Shown in pieces: positions 12,301 to 24,717 of a stretch of DNA of 64,000 nt. The position numbers and the translations under genes are program-made. Source of the DNA: Vitrella brassicaformis CCMP3155. Lineage: Eukaryota; Protista; Chromerida. The notes below the pieces were generated by a model. The model saw nothing but the letters and a program-made list of their open reading frames with translations, was not told where the DNA came from and searched no databases. Where the stretch lies: the NCBI GenBank assembly GCA_001179505.1, contig CDMY01000781.1, forward strand, positions 1 through 64,000, given 5' to 3'. Position 1 is the first letter of the stretch. Every line of letters begins with the position of its first letter.

Positions 12301-12698
12301 GGCCCATCCGCTGGCTGACAGCCAAAAGCCTTCCCGGCGATGTCGTGGCGAGGATCATCGACATGGTCGGCCCTCTGCTCCCCAGCCAGCCCTTCAGAAT
12401 CGGCGAGGAGCCGCTGGGCAGGCGCATCAACCAGATTGCGAAGGCGTACGTGGAGGTGGCGGCGATAGCCATCATCGAGCAAGGCAACGTGCATGTGGTG
12501 GGGGGGAAGGTAGAGGGGCGGATGGTGCTGCCTTTGCAGTTCTTTGATGTGGGTGGGGTGTCCATGGGCCTGCGGGACGTGTTGCGCCATGCCATCAACG
12601 AGGAGTGTCTGCGGTTCGGCCTCCAACCGATGCAGTTCGGCTGGCACCGCCTGCACGTGGTGAGCCAGAAGGGAAACACCGTACCCTTGAGACTTTAG
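9336..12698 (+). CDS. Coiled-coil/low-complexity + CBM20/CBM48-like module + ankyrin-repeat-like protein (5' end probably in the gap)
   Basis: Spliced VIVIFHL...VAILGSW...WSHYTLTVTLPAGTQHQYRYV...RTLTVP resembles starch/glycogen-binding modules. GYGPIHRAA and GKPLQLAA...LLQCGA are ankyrin-like. The join between the first block and 10609 is uncertain. Confidence 0.6.
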
Positions 12699-13251
12699 AT
12701 AGAACAGCTGAGGCAGGCAGGCAGGCAGGCCATGCTGTCCTGTGTGCCGAGAGCCCCACCCACCCTATAGCAGAACGAATGGTCGACATCTGATTAGCTG
12801 CCGATATGGATGGCATGGCATGGGTGCGTTTGTGTATACGATCGCCGGTCCTGACGGTTGCATACTGTGTGCGTGTGCGTGTGTGTGTACATACCCGATG
12901 TCTCTTCTTCACGTGATGGGTAGATGGACTGGCTGGCTGGCGATGAATGAACGCCCTTCAGAAATACCAAATCCGTCCGTCCAAACACTCAGCCGAAGTA
13001 ATGTGTGCGGCACACACGCGCACGCATACATTCAGCAGTCAGCCCCCGCCATCACACCAACACACGCACACACCCTCCGCCCATGCACCCTCTCTGTCTG
13101 GTGGATGTCGAGATGGATGGATGGATGGATGGATGGATGGGCGTTGGTCGCCATCGAGCGGCAAACAGCCCGACACTGGAAGCTTTCGCGTGTGCGTGTG
13201 TGGGTGTCCGTTGGGCAGTACACTCACTCGTCGGCTCCTTTTTCTTTCATT

Positions 13252-13276
13252 GTGTGCGTGGGCATCAAAGAGGGAC

Positions 13277-13308
<32 letters not shown>

Positions 13309-14690
13309 CAGACAGACAGAAGACAGACAGACGACGTTGGTGGACAAGAATGCAGTGCAAGTTTACTCGTCCATCTCCGTTTTACGGTAGCGAATTGACG
13401 TTTCTAGCGGTGGCCATGCGCACACGGCCGGCATCGCCTTCGCTCTCTCCGTGAGGTCGGCTGCAGGACGGCTATGGGCGCGTCGGCAAGCGGCCAGCAG
13501 ACGGCACAGCATGGCGGCGATGGTCCTTATGGCGGTGGGTGGGTGCCTGGTGCACCGGCAGCAGTCGGCTACATCGCCCCCTACGCACCGCCGATGCAGG
13601 TGCGGCTGCAGAACACACACACATTGCGTGGCCACAGCATCCCACTCTGTGTGTGTGGTGTGGTTCATTCAGATGTTTGGCGTACCTGGTGTTACCGTAG
13701 CCATCGCTCAGACGGGCGGACAGCAGCAGGTAAACTACACCAATGGGAGAGGCCAGGAGGGCACGTCCACGTCTGTCTGGTCTGTCTGTCTGTTTGATGC
13801 CGTGTAGGGTGTTGTTCCCCAGTGGTCATGGTGCCCCAGCCCTCCCCTCAGCCGCCCAGCGGACATGCGCCGTCTGGTGAAGGGGCCGCTGCGGACGGGT
13901 CGTCTGAAGTGGACGACGACGAGCGGGACGAGATCCCAGAATTACTGAATGACATGCGGGCCTTGGGGTGGCTCGATGCGCCCGCCCCACCCCCAGCACC
14001 GGTACGACAAGAACACACACACGCCGACATCTCATATATAGCGTCGCGTGTTGCTGTATGTGTGGCTGTAATGCAGATGTTTGGCGTACCCGGCGTAGTT
14101 GCAGGCATGGCTCAGACGGGCGGACAGCAGCAGGTACAGTAAACACACAGATAATGAGAGCCCAGGAAGGCGCCATGAGATCCAACAGGCGCTCACACAC
14201 ATGTCTGTCTGTGTGTGTGATGCCGTGTAGGGTGCGCCCCCTGCCGTCATGGCGCCGCCCGGCCTGACTCACCCGCCCATTCCCGGCGGCCCCCCCATGG
14301 CTGCCCACTACCCCGTGGTGCTCATGGCGCCCTACACTGGCGTCCCCATGCCAATCATCCCGGGCCAGCCATCGCAGCAGCACGGCGGAGCGAAGTAGAC
14401 GGCACACAGAGAGGGGCGGCGGGGGGAGGGGGAGGGGTGGGGTATCTACGAGCAGCCAGTGTGAGCGGGAGGGTCAGTGCAGAGGGCATCATGATGTGTG
14501 TCTCGGAGAAAAGATGGCTGGGGGCGAGGGATGGCTGACAGATAGTTGGATGGATGGATCAATGGATCAATGGATGAGGGTGTCTGCATGTCCTCCCGGA
14601 GTGTGTGCAGTGTGTGCCTATGGGAGTGAGTGTGAATACGGGAGACGACTGACTGACTGACTGACTGAGTGGTGGGGGGAGAGGGACGTG
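13252..14690 (+). repeat. Right arm of the inverted segmental duplication, with a ~440-bp insertion
   Basis: Homologous to the reverse complement of ~3935-5020. The extra segment ~13375-13815 carries a new first exon and a duplicated MFGVPG...GGQQQ exon plus intron. Confidence 0.85.
13474..14398 (+). CDS. Pro/Gly-rich hypothetical protein (right-arm, chimeric copy; frame break at ~13808-13828)
   Basis: MGASASG...PPMQ | MFGVPG...QQQ | then MVPQPSP...GWLDAP | MFGVPG...QQQ | GAPPAVM...GGAK*. The third acceptor is out of phase with the MVPQ frame. Confidence 0.45.
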
Positions 14691-15230
14691 CGGAAGGTAG
14701 ATGACTCATGCCGTGCTTCAAGCTGACGTGCTTTTTGTCTTTCGTCGATGGATGGATGGATGGATGTGCGTGTGCGGGGACGGATCGGACACGCAGTGAA
14801 TGCCCTTGACGCAATGATGGACAACATCTCAGTCACTTCACATCAAAGATCTCCATCGACAACCAACGAACGAGCATCGACAATCAACGGACGAGACAGA
14901 CGGACGAAAGCAAACCCCACCCCACCCACCAACGCCGGCCTGGCCGTGCGCTTGGTGCACAGCGCAGCACAGTCCACATGTATAGTACATGGCCATGCTG
15001 TACAAAGCCATATTCATTCATCAAACAGCGCACTCGGCGCGGCCACGTAGAACACTGAGTCGGCACGTCAGAGGGAGGGAGGGAGGGAGGGAGGGTGGTT
15101 GGCAACCACTGGCAGTATGAACAGCAAAGTATGAATGACATCTGTCACACGAGGCACTACACCACTACACACACACGCAGAGGAGAGGAGAGGGCCTGTC
15201 GATTCATTCATCCGGCAGGCAGGCAGTCAG

Positions 15231-16470
15231 CTAGCCACTTGTCGTGGCCCGACTGACCCCCACAGCATTGAACAGAGCCCAGCCCACCCCAACTGATGCC
15301 AGTGCAGCCAGCCCCACCGCCGCATAGCCGATGCCATACACCTCTCTCGACTGCTTTCTGACCATTCGCTCGAACGACTCGCCGTCATTCACGAGGAAAG
15401 CACACAACGGGCCCCAACCGTCCTTCACCTGACCGACCACACACACACACACACACAGGCGCGGAGTGAGGACATGTGAGCGTGACTGCGGGTGGGCCCT
15501 TGCCTACCTCGAAAACGAGCAGCTGTTGTGGCGGGACGGTGTCCTTGACGTGCTGTGTCCACTGGTTGAACATGGCCACGGTGCCCTCCTCGGTCATCTC
15601 GTCGAAGTCAAAGGCGTCGGTGAATGGGCGGGCCAGCTGCAGCTCGTGCCACATCTGCTGGAAGTGCCGCAAGCCAGGCCTGGGCAGGAGGCGCAGACCC
15701 AGCCGGTTGATGGGCGACTTGTGGTGCTTCCGGAAGCTGATGATCGTCCTGCACACACAAAACAGACAGACAGACAGACAGACAGGCCGGTGCGTGAGAG
15801 CCGTTGTGTGTTCTGCATGACGCACCTCCGGATGCTCTGATACCACTTGGATGGGTCCCGCACCGTCAGGATCACCTGCACACACACACACACACACAAC
15901 AACAAGGCAGACACATGCACATGATCAGAAATCAGCCATGCCATCTACCCATCCGCATGTGTGCTCACCTTGGCGTCAGGATATTTCTGGAAGAGCTCGT
16001 GGAAGAAGGGCGTCGCAGGGAAGTCCACGGTGGCCTTGTAGCCGTCGAAGACCGCGTCCCAGTCGACGCCCTTGCCGTTCTTCCTCGTGATCTCCCGCCA
16101 CAGGGCACACCGGCCGTTGAGGTCCTTCCACATCTCCGTCATGTGATAGCAAGGATACCCGAGCTCGTTCAGGGCCTGCTTCATGGACAAAGTCCTGCAA
16201 ACCACACATCAAAGGAGGGAACCACACGCATCATGGTGTGAAAGCTGAGCCTCTTGGCTGGCGTGGCTGCATGTACCCGGTCCTTCCGTAGCCAGCCCTG
16301 CAAGTGAGTCACGCACAAATGCATGACGTGATTTGATTGCATGTCCGAAGAGAGGATCTGTGCATTGCGGTGTGTGTGCATTGTGGTGTGTACCCGATGA
16401 TCTTGAGGCCCTTCTCATCAGCTGCGCCGCTGCCAGGCAGCAGATCTTTCTCCAAACTCTTGTGCGCCAT
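15231..16470 (-). CDS. Sulfotransferase-family P-loop protein (Sulfotransfer_4-like) with a C-terminal transmembrane helix
   Basis: Spliced LKIIGAGYGRTGTLSMKQALNELGYPCYHM; DWDAVFDGY.ATVDFP; VILTVRDP.KW; LLVFEVKDGWGPLCAFL. Includes a 21-nt micro-exon at 16277-16297. Confidence 0.9.
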
Positions 16471-16540
16471 GACGCTCTGCAAGTACCCTCACTAGATCTG
16501 TCCTCACGGCGCCTCCCGCCTCGAGATCTCTGCAAAGACC

Positions 16541-16559
16541 TGCGAGCTTTGAGCTCGCA
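16541..16559. promoter_or_regulatory. Perfect inverted pair TGCGAGCT-TTG-AGCTCGCA in a bidirectional promoter
   Basis: 71 bp from ATG 16470 (-) and 74 bp from ATG 16633 (+). Confidence 0.6.
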
Positions 16560-16632
16560 GATTTTACTGCTTGGCCGTCAGGCCGCCCAGCGCAGCAGCA
16601 GCGGTCTCAGGGAGCACTTGACTGAAACAACG

Positions 16633-18757
16633 ATGGCAAGCATTGAGGAGAATGCCGGCGGTGGGCCAGATTTGGTGGACGATGTGATTCCTCAGACCTT
16701 CGCTGTGTTGGTGAGGAAGGACCTGAAGCGCACCTACGACATGTTCGCCGGCAATTGGGGTCTCAAGCCGCAAGATGAACCCACAGCTGCCGCCGCCAAG
16801 CTCAAGATCAAGATGGCCGACGAATACGACTGGCTGCCGGAGGTGCAGGGAGCCAGAAGGGGAGCTACCGAAGAGGGTGACGGTAGTGGCGGTGCCCCTG
16901 GGCAGGAGGGAGGCGGTGCGAAAGCAGCCATCCCGTCATCGACCATCGGCAAGATGATTGACGACCTCAGCAGCAAGAGGAGCGAGGACTCCCGGCCCGC
17001 CAACACCATGGACCTGGCGCTTTACCAATCTGGTCAGCTGGCCACCCTCCCCGCGTCACGCCCAGGCGAGCAGGGCGGTCTCAACCAGCTGGCGATTCGG
17101 AAGCAGCCGACGGCTCCCAAACCCGTGTGGCACCCGCCATGGAAGCTGATGCGCGTCATCTCGGGTCACCAGGGGTGGGTGCGGTGTCTGGCGGTGGACC
17201 CCAGGAACGAGTGGTTTGCGTCGGGGTCCAACGACCGGCTGCTCAAGATATGGGACCTGGCCACCGGGACGCTCAAGCTGTCGCTCACGGGACACATCAA
17301 CAACATCCGCGGGCTGGCTATCTCCACTCGACACCCCTACCTCTTCTCCTGCGGAGAGGACAACCAAGGTCAGCACAGCCACCCCACCCAGATGGCTGCA
17401 TGGATCCTCATGTGTGTGTGTGTGTTGTTTGGTTGTGTCAGTCAAGTGTTGGGATTTGGAGCAGAACAAGGTGATCCGCAGCTACCACGGCCACCTCAGT
17501 GGTGTGTACTGTCTGGCCATCCACCCTTCCCTCGACATCCTCTCCACCGGCGGGCGCGATGCCGTCGTCCGCGTCTGGGACATGCGCACCAAGCAGAGCA
17601 TCCACACACTCGGAGGTACGTACACATCACATCGAGTGGTCCATCTGTCTGTCTGTCCGTCGATGTGGCCTACGTGCGTGTGTGGTTGTGGTTTCGGTGT
17701 GTGGTTAATGTCATCCGTGCAGGCCATACGGGCACCATCACGTCGCTGATATCTCAGAACACGGAACCACAGATCATATCGGGCTCCATGGACCACCACG
17801 TTAGCACCACCACCACCCACAAAGCCCCTGAGCCATGATGATGATCCCTCACTGTGTGATTGTATATGTAGGTTCGGTTGTGGGATTTGGCGGCCGGTAA
17901 GAGCTCAGTGGTGTTGACGCATCACAAGAAGAGCGTGCGGGCGATGGCCATGCACCCCGGCACCGAGTACACATTCGCGTCATGCGCTGCCGACAACATC
18001 AAGGTGTGGAAGTGCCCAGAGGGCCGATTTGAGCGCAATATACAGGTCAGTCAGTCAGGGTAGAGAGCAAGTCGAGACAGACGGCCAGCAGACCATTCCT
18101 CACCATGATGTGATGTGATGTGTTGGTGGCTGTCTGTGTGTTGGTGGCTGTCTGTGTGTCAGGGTCACAATGCCATAGTGAACACGTGCTGCGTTCGTGA
18201 CGGTGACAATGGGGAGTCGGGCATTCTCGTGGCCGGCACTGACAATGGGTAAGTAGACACACCACACGCCAGCCACAGCATGGGATGCGCGGCTCTCATG
18301 CATTCTGTGTCTTTGTTCCTCAGGTGTTTAAATTTCTGGGACTGGAAGTCGGGGTACAAATTCCAAACCAGACAGGTCAGTGGGTGAGGGAGGGGGGGTG
18401 GGGGGGGTGGCCCAGTCCATGGCTGGCGAGGCGATATAGGATATTTGTGCATCGTCTTGTTTTTCCTCTGCGTGTATGTGCAGAGCCAGGTGCAGCCCGG
18501 CTCGTTGGAGAGCGAGAACGGCATCTTCGCGTCTGTCTTTGACCAATCCTACTCGCGCCTCATCACCGGCGAGTGCGACAAGACCATCAAGGTACCTGTG
18601 TCGGCAAACACGGCAAGGCACTGCACACCCGCCAGCGGGCTGGTTATGTGCATGTGTGATGGTCTGTGTGTGTGTCACCCACCAGATATGGAAGGAGGAC
18701 GACGAGGCCACTCCAGAGACCCACCCAATCACTTGGAAACCCAACAGGCCGTACTGA
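16633..18757 (+). CDS. PLRG1: Pleiotropic regulator 1 / Prp46, WD40 splicing factor of the Prp19 complex
   Basis: [41 protein letters not shown]; [13 protein letters not shown]; [13 protein letters not shown]; [16 protein letters not shown]. Confidence 0.95.
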
Positions 18758-19184
18758 CTGACTGGCAGCTGAGGGGCTGGCTGACTGAGTGATCGGTGTC
18801 CGTGTACTCGATGAATGAGTGATTTGATGACCCTGACAGTGGTGGTTTCTCTATCTAACAGCGCCGCTTGCACCTGACTTGAACAAATATAAAATTGACC
18901 GACCACTGGCATGCACCATCCATGAGCGAAGCTCACGGACGAACGAAAACCGTCACCTTTGTGTCTGTCCACCTGCAGGCAGTGAGTGCACCGCACCTAT
19001 GGGCCGACCACCCCACGCACCCACCAGCCATCGCCAGCCACCACCTGGATCTATATCTACACCTACACTGATGCGTGTCCGCTGAATGAATGAGTCACCG
19101 AACGGACTCGACTTGGCAGCTACAGCAGCGTGCACAGACACGCACCGCATCCCGACTTCCCCACCATCCCCACCATCCTCCTGC

Positions 19185-20677
19185 TCATCCTTTCTGCAGG
19201 TGGGTGTTCAGAAAATCCTTGGACGTCTCTACCACATCGTGCAAATGCTGCACGCACAACACAATGAATGGACACAATGGTGACTTATGCGCATGTCTCT
19301 ATCGTCTGTGTGCTCGCTGTGCTCACGTCAGGGTGGTCGAACATGTGTGAGGCCTCCGGGATGACCTTCAGATGGCCCTTCTCCCCCAACAGGCTGTGGA
19401 TGGCCTCACCGTCCTGTGACACACACCGTGTGGACACAGAGAGATGACTTGACAAAGGGCCTGCCTGCCCAGATAGATGTGCCCTGTTTGTATGTGTTGC
19501 CTGTCTCTGTCTCTCCATTACCTCGACGGGGATGGTTGTGTCCTTTTCGCCATGTATGGTGAGCACCCTCTGTGTCTGCGTCGGCCCGCCCTTGGTGCCG
19601 ACCTTGGCTATCACCTCCTTCATATCTTGACATAATGACGACACAGACACACACACAAACAGACAGACAGACAGACAGTGCTTCCCTCCACCCACACGCG
19701 TGTGGGTGTGTGGGTCTGTTGGTGTCCTACCGATTGCCTTTCGGTTGTCGATGCATTTCTTGTAGACCTTGCGTGTGGCGCCGCCGCCCTGTATCTCAAA
19801 GTAGCCGCCCTCCTCCTCCACGCTGCTCAGCTGAGAGGGGGTGAACCGCTCCTTGATGCCACGCGACATGTCGTACCGCCCCGCGATGTTGATGACCAAC
19901 GGCACGTCGTCATGCCTGCCGGCCGGTGTGTGGACAACACAACGTACAGACAGACAGACCAGCGATGGTGTAGAGTATATTGAGTGCTGTTCGTGCGCTG
20001 CGCTCGTCACTGACTGGCTCACCGGCCGGCATAGATGAGGACGTTGTTGCCTCCACGCGAGTGGCCAGCCACAGCCTGCACGATGATGCCTTTGCTCCTT
20101 CACACACACACGCGCACGCACACGATGCCCCACACATTCAGACAGCAAAGCAAGCGCAACACGATGGTCAGTGGGCCAGGTCAGGTCACCCACCTGATGA
20201 AGTCGATGACGGCCTTCATGTCGTGGTCGACCTCGTCCAGATACCCGCCGTACGACCACTGGTCATGGCCGTCCGACTCACCGCATCCGTGGAAGTCGAA
20301 GCGCACTGTGTTGAGGGGCAGCCGGTGGAACAGCGCATCGATCACATGGCTTGTGCGGTCAGCGAGATACCTGACGGACAGCCAAACCGACACACACACA
20401 CACACACACACAGACATCCAGCGATTCCATCTCCTGGTGCCCCCATCCGAGTCCAGCCATCCGCCCACCCATGGCAGAGTACGATTGCCTCTCTGGATGA
20501 CGGCTGGTTGAGCTTGGCCTCGCACACGAGATTGTGATCCAGCCCGGACGTCACAGTGAACACACCCCTAACACACACACACCCCACGGCAGACAGGCAC
20601 ATGGATCATGCACGCGGCGTCAGTGCGTTGCCTCACTTGTCGTCGAGGAAGCTCCACTCAGGGGCTGTGGTCGTCAT
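19185..20677 (-). CDS. Alpha/beta hydrolase (serine aminopeptidase S33-like)
   Basis: IVLCHG, RFDFHGCGESDG, nucleophile motif GHSRG, INIAGRYD, HGEKDTTIP, ASHMF (Ser-Asp-His triad). Last exon HLHDVV...QKG*. Confidence 0.85.
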
Positions 20678-20966
20678 GGTGAGGGCGCTGGGACGCTGGA
20701 TCTGCCTGCGAGATGCAGACGGATGTTTCCGGATGTGTGTCGGTGGAGATTGAAAAGCAACGACAGATCCAACGAGGATGAAAAGGGACACCAGACTGTC
20801 CGAATGGCGCCTCGTCTTCCCAGCCCTTGTCATCTGCGAGCTTAGCTGAGACGTGTGAGTCATGGATCGAACTCATGACTCTATTCACTAAAGGCGTATA
20901 TCGTACAGTCCGTATGGCCTCGGTGCAATGCACTCACGCTTGCATGCCCGCCCGCCCATCCGTCCA

Positions 20967-21253
20967 TCAGGTGACGAACCTCATGAGTTCGCTGATCTGC
21001 AGCCTGAGAAGGCTGCTGGCGGGAAAGTAGGACGCGAGGGTGGCGGAGAGCGCCGCCGTGGCCACGACGGCGATGGCCACCCAGTAGGGGAACACGAATG
21101 TGAGTGGCAGCTGGGTGAATAAGGCTCGCTGTGCCGTCATGGTCCAGCCGACAGCCATCCCGATGGACAGACCCAGCACCGACGCTGACGTTATCAACAC
21201 GAACGCCTGTGTGTGCACACACATTGGTGGATGGATGCGCTTGTAGCACACGG

Positions 21254-21291
<38 letters not shown>

Positions 21292-24200
21292 TAGACACCT
21301 CGTAGATGAAGAGGATGGTGACTCGTGCCTTGGTGACCCCGATGGATCGGAGGATGGCCATCTCCTTGGTCTGCTCGAAAATGTTCGCGGCCATGGACGA
21401 CACCAGGCTGAAGAAACACAGCACCATCACCACCACAGCCGCCGCGGCAAAGACCACATCCATGATGCCACGAGACTGAACCAACCAAGCCACACATGAA
21501 CACCAACAAGAATGAGAAAGAGATGTGATGTCGTTCTTTCCCTCCGCCCGTCGCACCTCATTGACGCTGTTTTCGATGTCGCGGTAGTCGGACACGGTGC
21601 TGTAGTCCGACAGGTCGCTGACGATGGCGTCAAGCGTCCGCCCATCCACATCCACCCGCCCCCTCTTGTCGCGCCGCAGATCCACCAGCACCCTCTCGAT
21701 GCCCAGCTGCCGTACCGACCGTGGCCCGCCCGCCTGCTCAGCCAGCCGCAGAAAGGTCGGGTACGACACCAGCAGATTCTGGAAGTCCAGCTGGTCAGGG
21801 AACTTGGAGAAATAGAAGGCCGGAGCCGACTCGACAAAGGCAGCGGGCTGGATCCTCGCAAGGAGGTTGTGGCCCTTCTTCTTGCCCGGCTGGAGCAGGT
21901 TGCCAGGCACGGTGAGGCCCCCGACTGCCGACGTGGAGACGGACTTATCGACGGTGTCGCCGCTGATGGTGACGAGGAAGGACTGCTTGTTTGGCAGGTG
22001 GGGGTCCTGCAGCTGGAATTTGTCTTTGAAGATCGCACCCATCAGGCCGCTCGACGAACCGCGCACCGTGTAGAGGTACTCGGTCAGGGAGAGGCCCGAC
22101 GGCCGGCCGCCGTCGATCCGCTCAGACACTCGCAGGAACTGCGAGCCGGTGGTGTCGAATACGTTGGGTGAGACGGCCGTGATGGTGCTGTACTGGACGT
22201 GCAGATGGCCGATGTTCTCGATGGTGACGAGATCAAAGGCCACCTTCTCGCCCTGCAGCTGCTTGGTGCCCAGCGACTGGTCCAGGGAGGTGGACACACT
22301 CGCGTATGAGTGGATGGGCGGCCTGCTGCCCCGCATAAACTGCTGGAGAATGCCCTCTAGCTTCCTGTAGTTGCTCTCGACGTCCACCGCCAGCTCGGTG
22401 CCCTTCTGCTTGAGCGCGTCCATCTTGCTGGTCTCCAGCTCCATGGTGTACGACACCATCAAAAAGATGATGAAGGCAAGGGCCACGGCGTACATGATGG
22501 TCGTCTTGCGGTTGCGCAGCCGATGGGCCACGAGGTTGTTGAGGACCATGCGCTTGACGGCGGTGGTCTCCCACCAGAGGAAGATGAACACCACTGCCCG
22601 CTCGACGAGCTGCTCGAGGTTAAGGCTGAGCACCACGAAGCCGAATAGCATGCCCATGAGGACGGCGAAGAAGATGTTCGTGAACAGGGCGATGTTGAAC
22701 GAGATCAGTGCGAGCGGCACCTGCCGGACACACGCACAGAGAGGGCATTGCAGGGTCACTTGCTCGCTTCATGTCTGGTCTGGTGTGATCGTCGTGCGTT
22801 GTGTGGTCTTGTCTTGTGCTGACACACCAGGTAGTAGATGCAGAAGCCAAACACCGCCAGCAGCAGGCCCACCAACACCCCCGTCCAATTGACGCGTGTG
22901 GCGGTCCGCTCCAGCTGCACGGCCACCACTTTGGTCTTAGATCGGTGGACGTCCAATGCCTCGTGGATGTTGAGCTGGAGAGCCGCCTTGATGGGCAGGA
23001 AGGACGCCACGACTGGGATGAGGATGCCTAGCGTGCACGAGTACACAATCGACCGCCACGAGAGGGCAGAGCTCACGGGTATCCTCGTCAGCCGATAGAA
23101 CATCCGTGCCACCAGCGCGTTGCCGCCCACCGCCGCCAGGAGCCCAAAGACAAGGGCCGGGAGGACGTACGAGAGCGCCTGGATGAGGATGAGCTCCACC
23201 AGCCCTCTCCTGTTGAGTCCGATCATGCGGAGAATTCCCAGCTGGAAGGTCTTGGTCTCCACCGAGATGAGCAGCAGGGAGTAGACCAGCACGATCGACA
23301 GCACGAACAGGATGAACACAATCAGGTTGAGCACCAGGCCCACAAAGAGCCCCCCGAACCGATACGCCGCCAGCGCCTTGAGCGTCTGCGGCACACAGAT
23401 GACGGCGTCCCACGACAGGAGTGTCCTCACGTCCGCGGCGTATTCGGTCACGTCCACTTGCACAGAGTCGAAATTGGACCTCAGGTAGTTGCTGATGCGA
23501 TTCTCAGCATAATTAACCACCACCGATGTGGCGAACTCGGCCACAGACCGACCGGCGACCTGTTGTGGGATTGCCGTCGAGTTGTCCAGCCATGGGTCGA
23601 GGCTCTGCGCCAGGAGGGTGTGGAAGGTCTCCAGCTCCATGAACACCACCTTGTTGGCCTCGCTCTCAGGCACCTTCCCCGCCGCCCCGCGAGGGAAGCG
23701 GCTCGCAAAGACCACCGGCATGCGCACCTGCGAGTACTCGGCAGCCATGTCGAGCGTGCGATTCGACACAGAGGGCATCTGGGCGGCATACGACACCAGC
23801 AGATCGGCCGCATAAAAGGCGATGATGAACTCTTGGCCGGATGTCAGCCGCAGCTTGCCTGCCATGGCTGGTGCGAGGACGGCCGTGGCGGGGTCGAGCT
23901 TGTCGAAGGGCCAGTCGCGGCCGAGGCCCATCTTCCTCTCCTGGTTCGTGTCGATGAGCACCAGCTGCACGCCCAGCTCGTAGGCCCCGCACACCCGTCC
24001 CAGCACCGCCGTATGGATCGACGACCGGTTCACGCGGCACATGCTGTAGGCATTGACGCCCTCCAAGCGCACTCGGGGAGAGGAGGCCGCGAACCGCTTG
24101 GCAGGGTCCTGCATGAGGATGCTCCGAGCTACCGTATAGTTGATGAAGGGCGGCGAGCGGTCAACTGCGCGGAAGTAGACGGGTAGACTGGGTGAGCCGC

Positions 24201-24584
24201 GGCCGTAGACCTCGACGTCAATCTGGCCGCCCTCTCCCTCGGCACGTCGCAAGAAGATGGCTGGGGCCACCTCCGTGACGGTGGACACGATGGCCGACGC
24301 CGCGACCACGAGCAGACACGAGAGGAATCCCAGCAGGAAGGCGCACTTTCGCCGCCGGATCTCCGACAAGGCGCTGCGGACGAAGAACCTGAAACGGACC
24401 GACAGTCAGACAGACAGGCGGAAGTGACAGATGAGTGCCTGGCTGTGACTCCATTTGTTATGTTGGTTGCTTACGTGAATCTCTTCCACCCTCTGACTCC
24501 TGTGGGTCTGCTGCTGGCCTCACCCGCGTCACCCTCATCGCCATCGCCGGCATCAGGCCGCGACCTGGGACAGCACGGTGGCAT
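20967..24584 (-). CDS. FtsX/MacB-like ABC transporter permease (two FtsX-type membrane domains)
   Basis: SALSEIRRRK N-terminus; ETKTFQLGILRMIGLNRRGLVELILIQA; RNRKTTIMY; EQTKEMAILRSIGV...IFIYE. Multiple TM helices and no ATPase domain. Confidence 0.85.
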
Positions 24585-24717
24585 TCAACTGGCACACAGA
24601 CCAGACGTCAGGCAAGGGTCTTTTGTCGAAGTGGATGAGTGGATGGATCCACTACTTGCGGGTGAATGGCGAATCGCATGAATGGTAAAGCCCGACAGAT
24701 GCACCCCGTGGAAAATT

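Noticed and set aside
9493-12656. Long antisense ORFs (353 and 396 aa), and similar ones across the window
   Set aside because: Shadow frames of GC3-rich coding sequence, with no motifs or splice support.
3935-14690. DNA transposon with terminal inverted repeats
   Set aside because: The arms are ordinary spliced gene copies; no transposase, terminal motif or target-site duplication was seen. Kept only as a segmental duplication.
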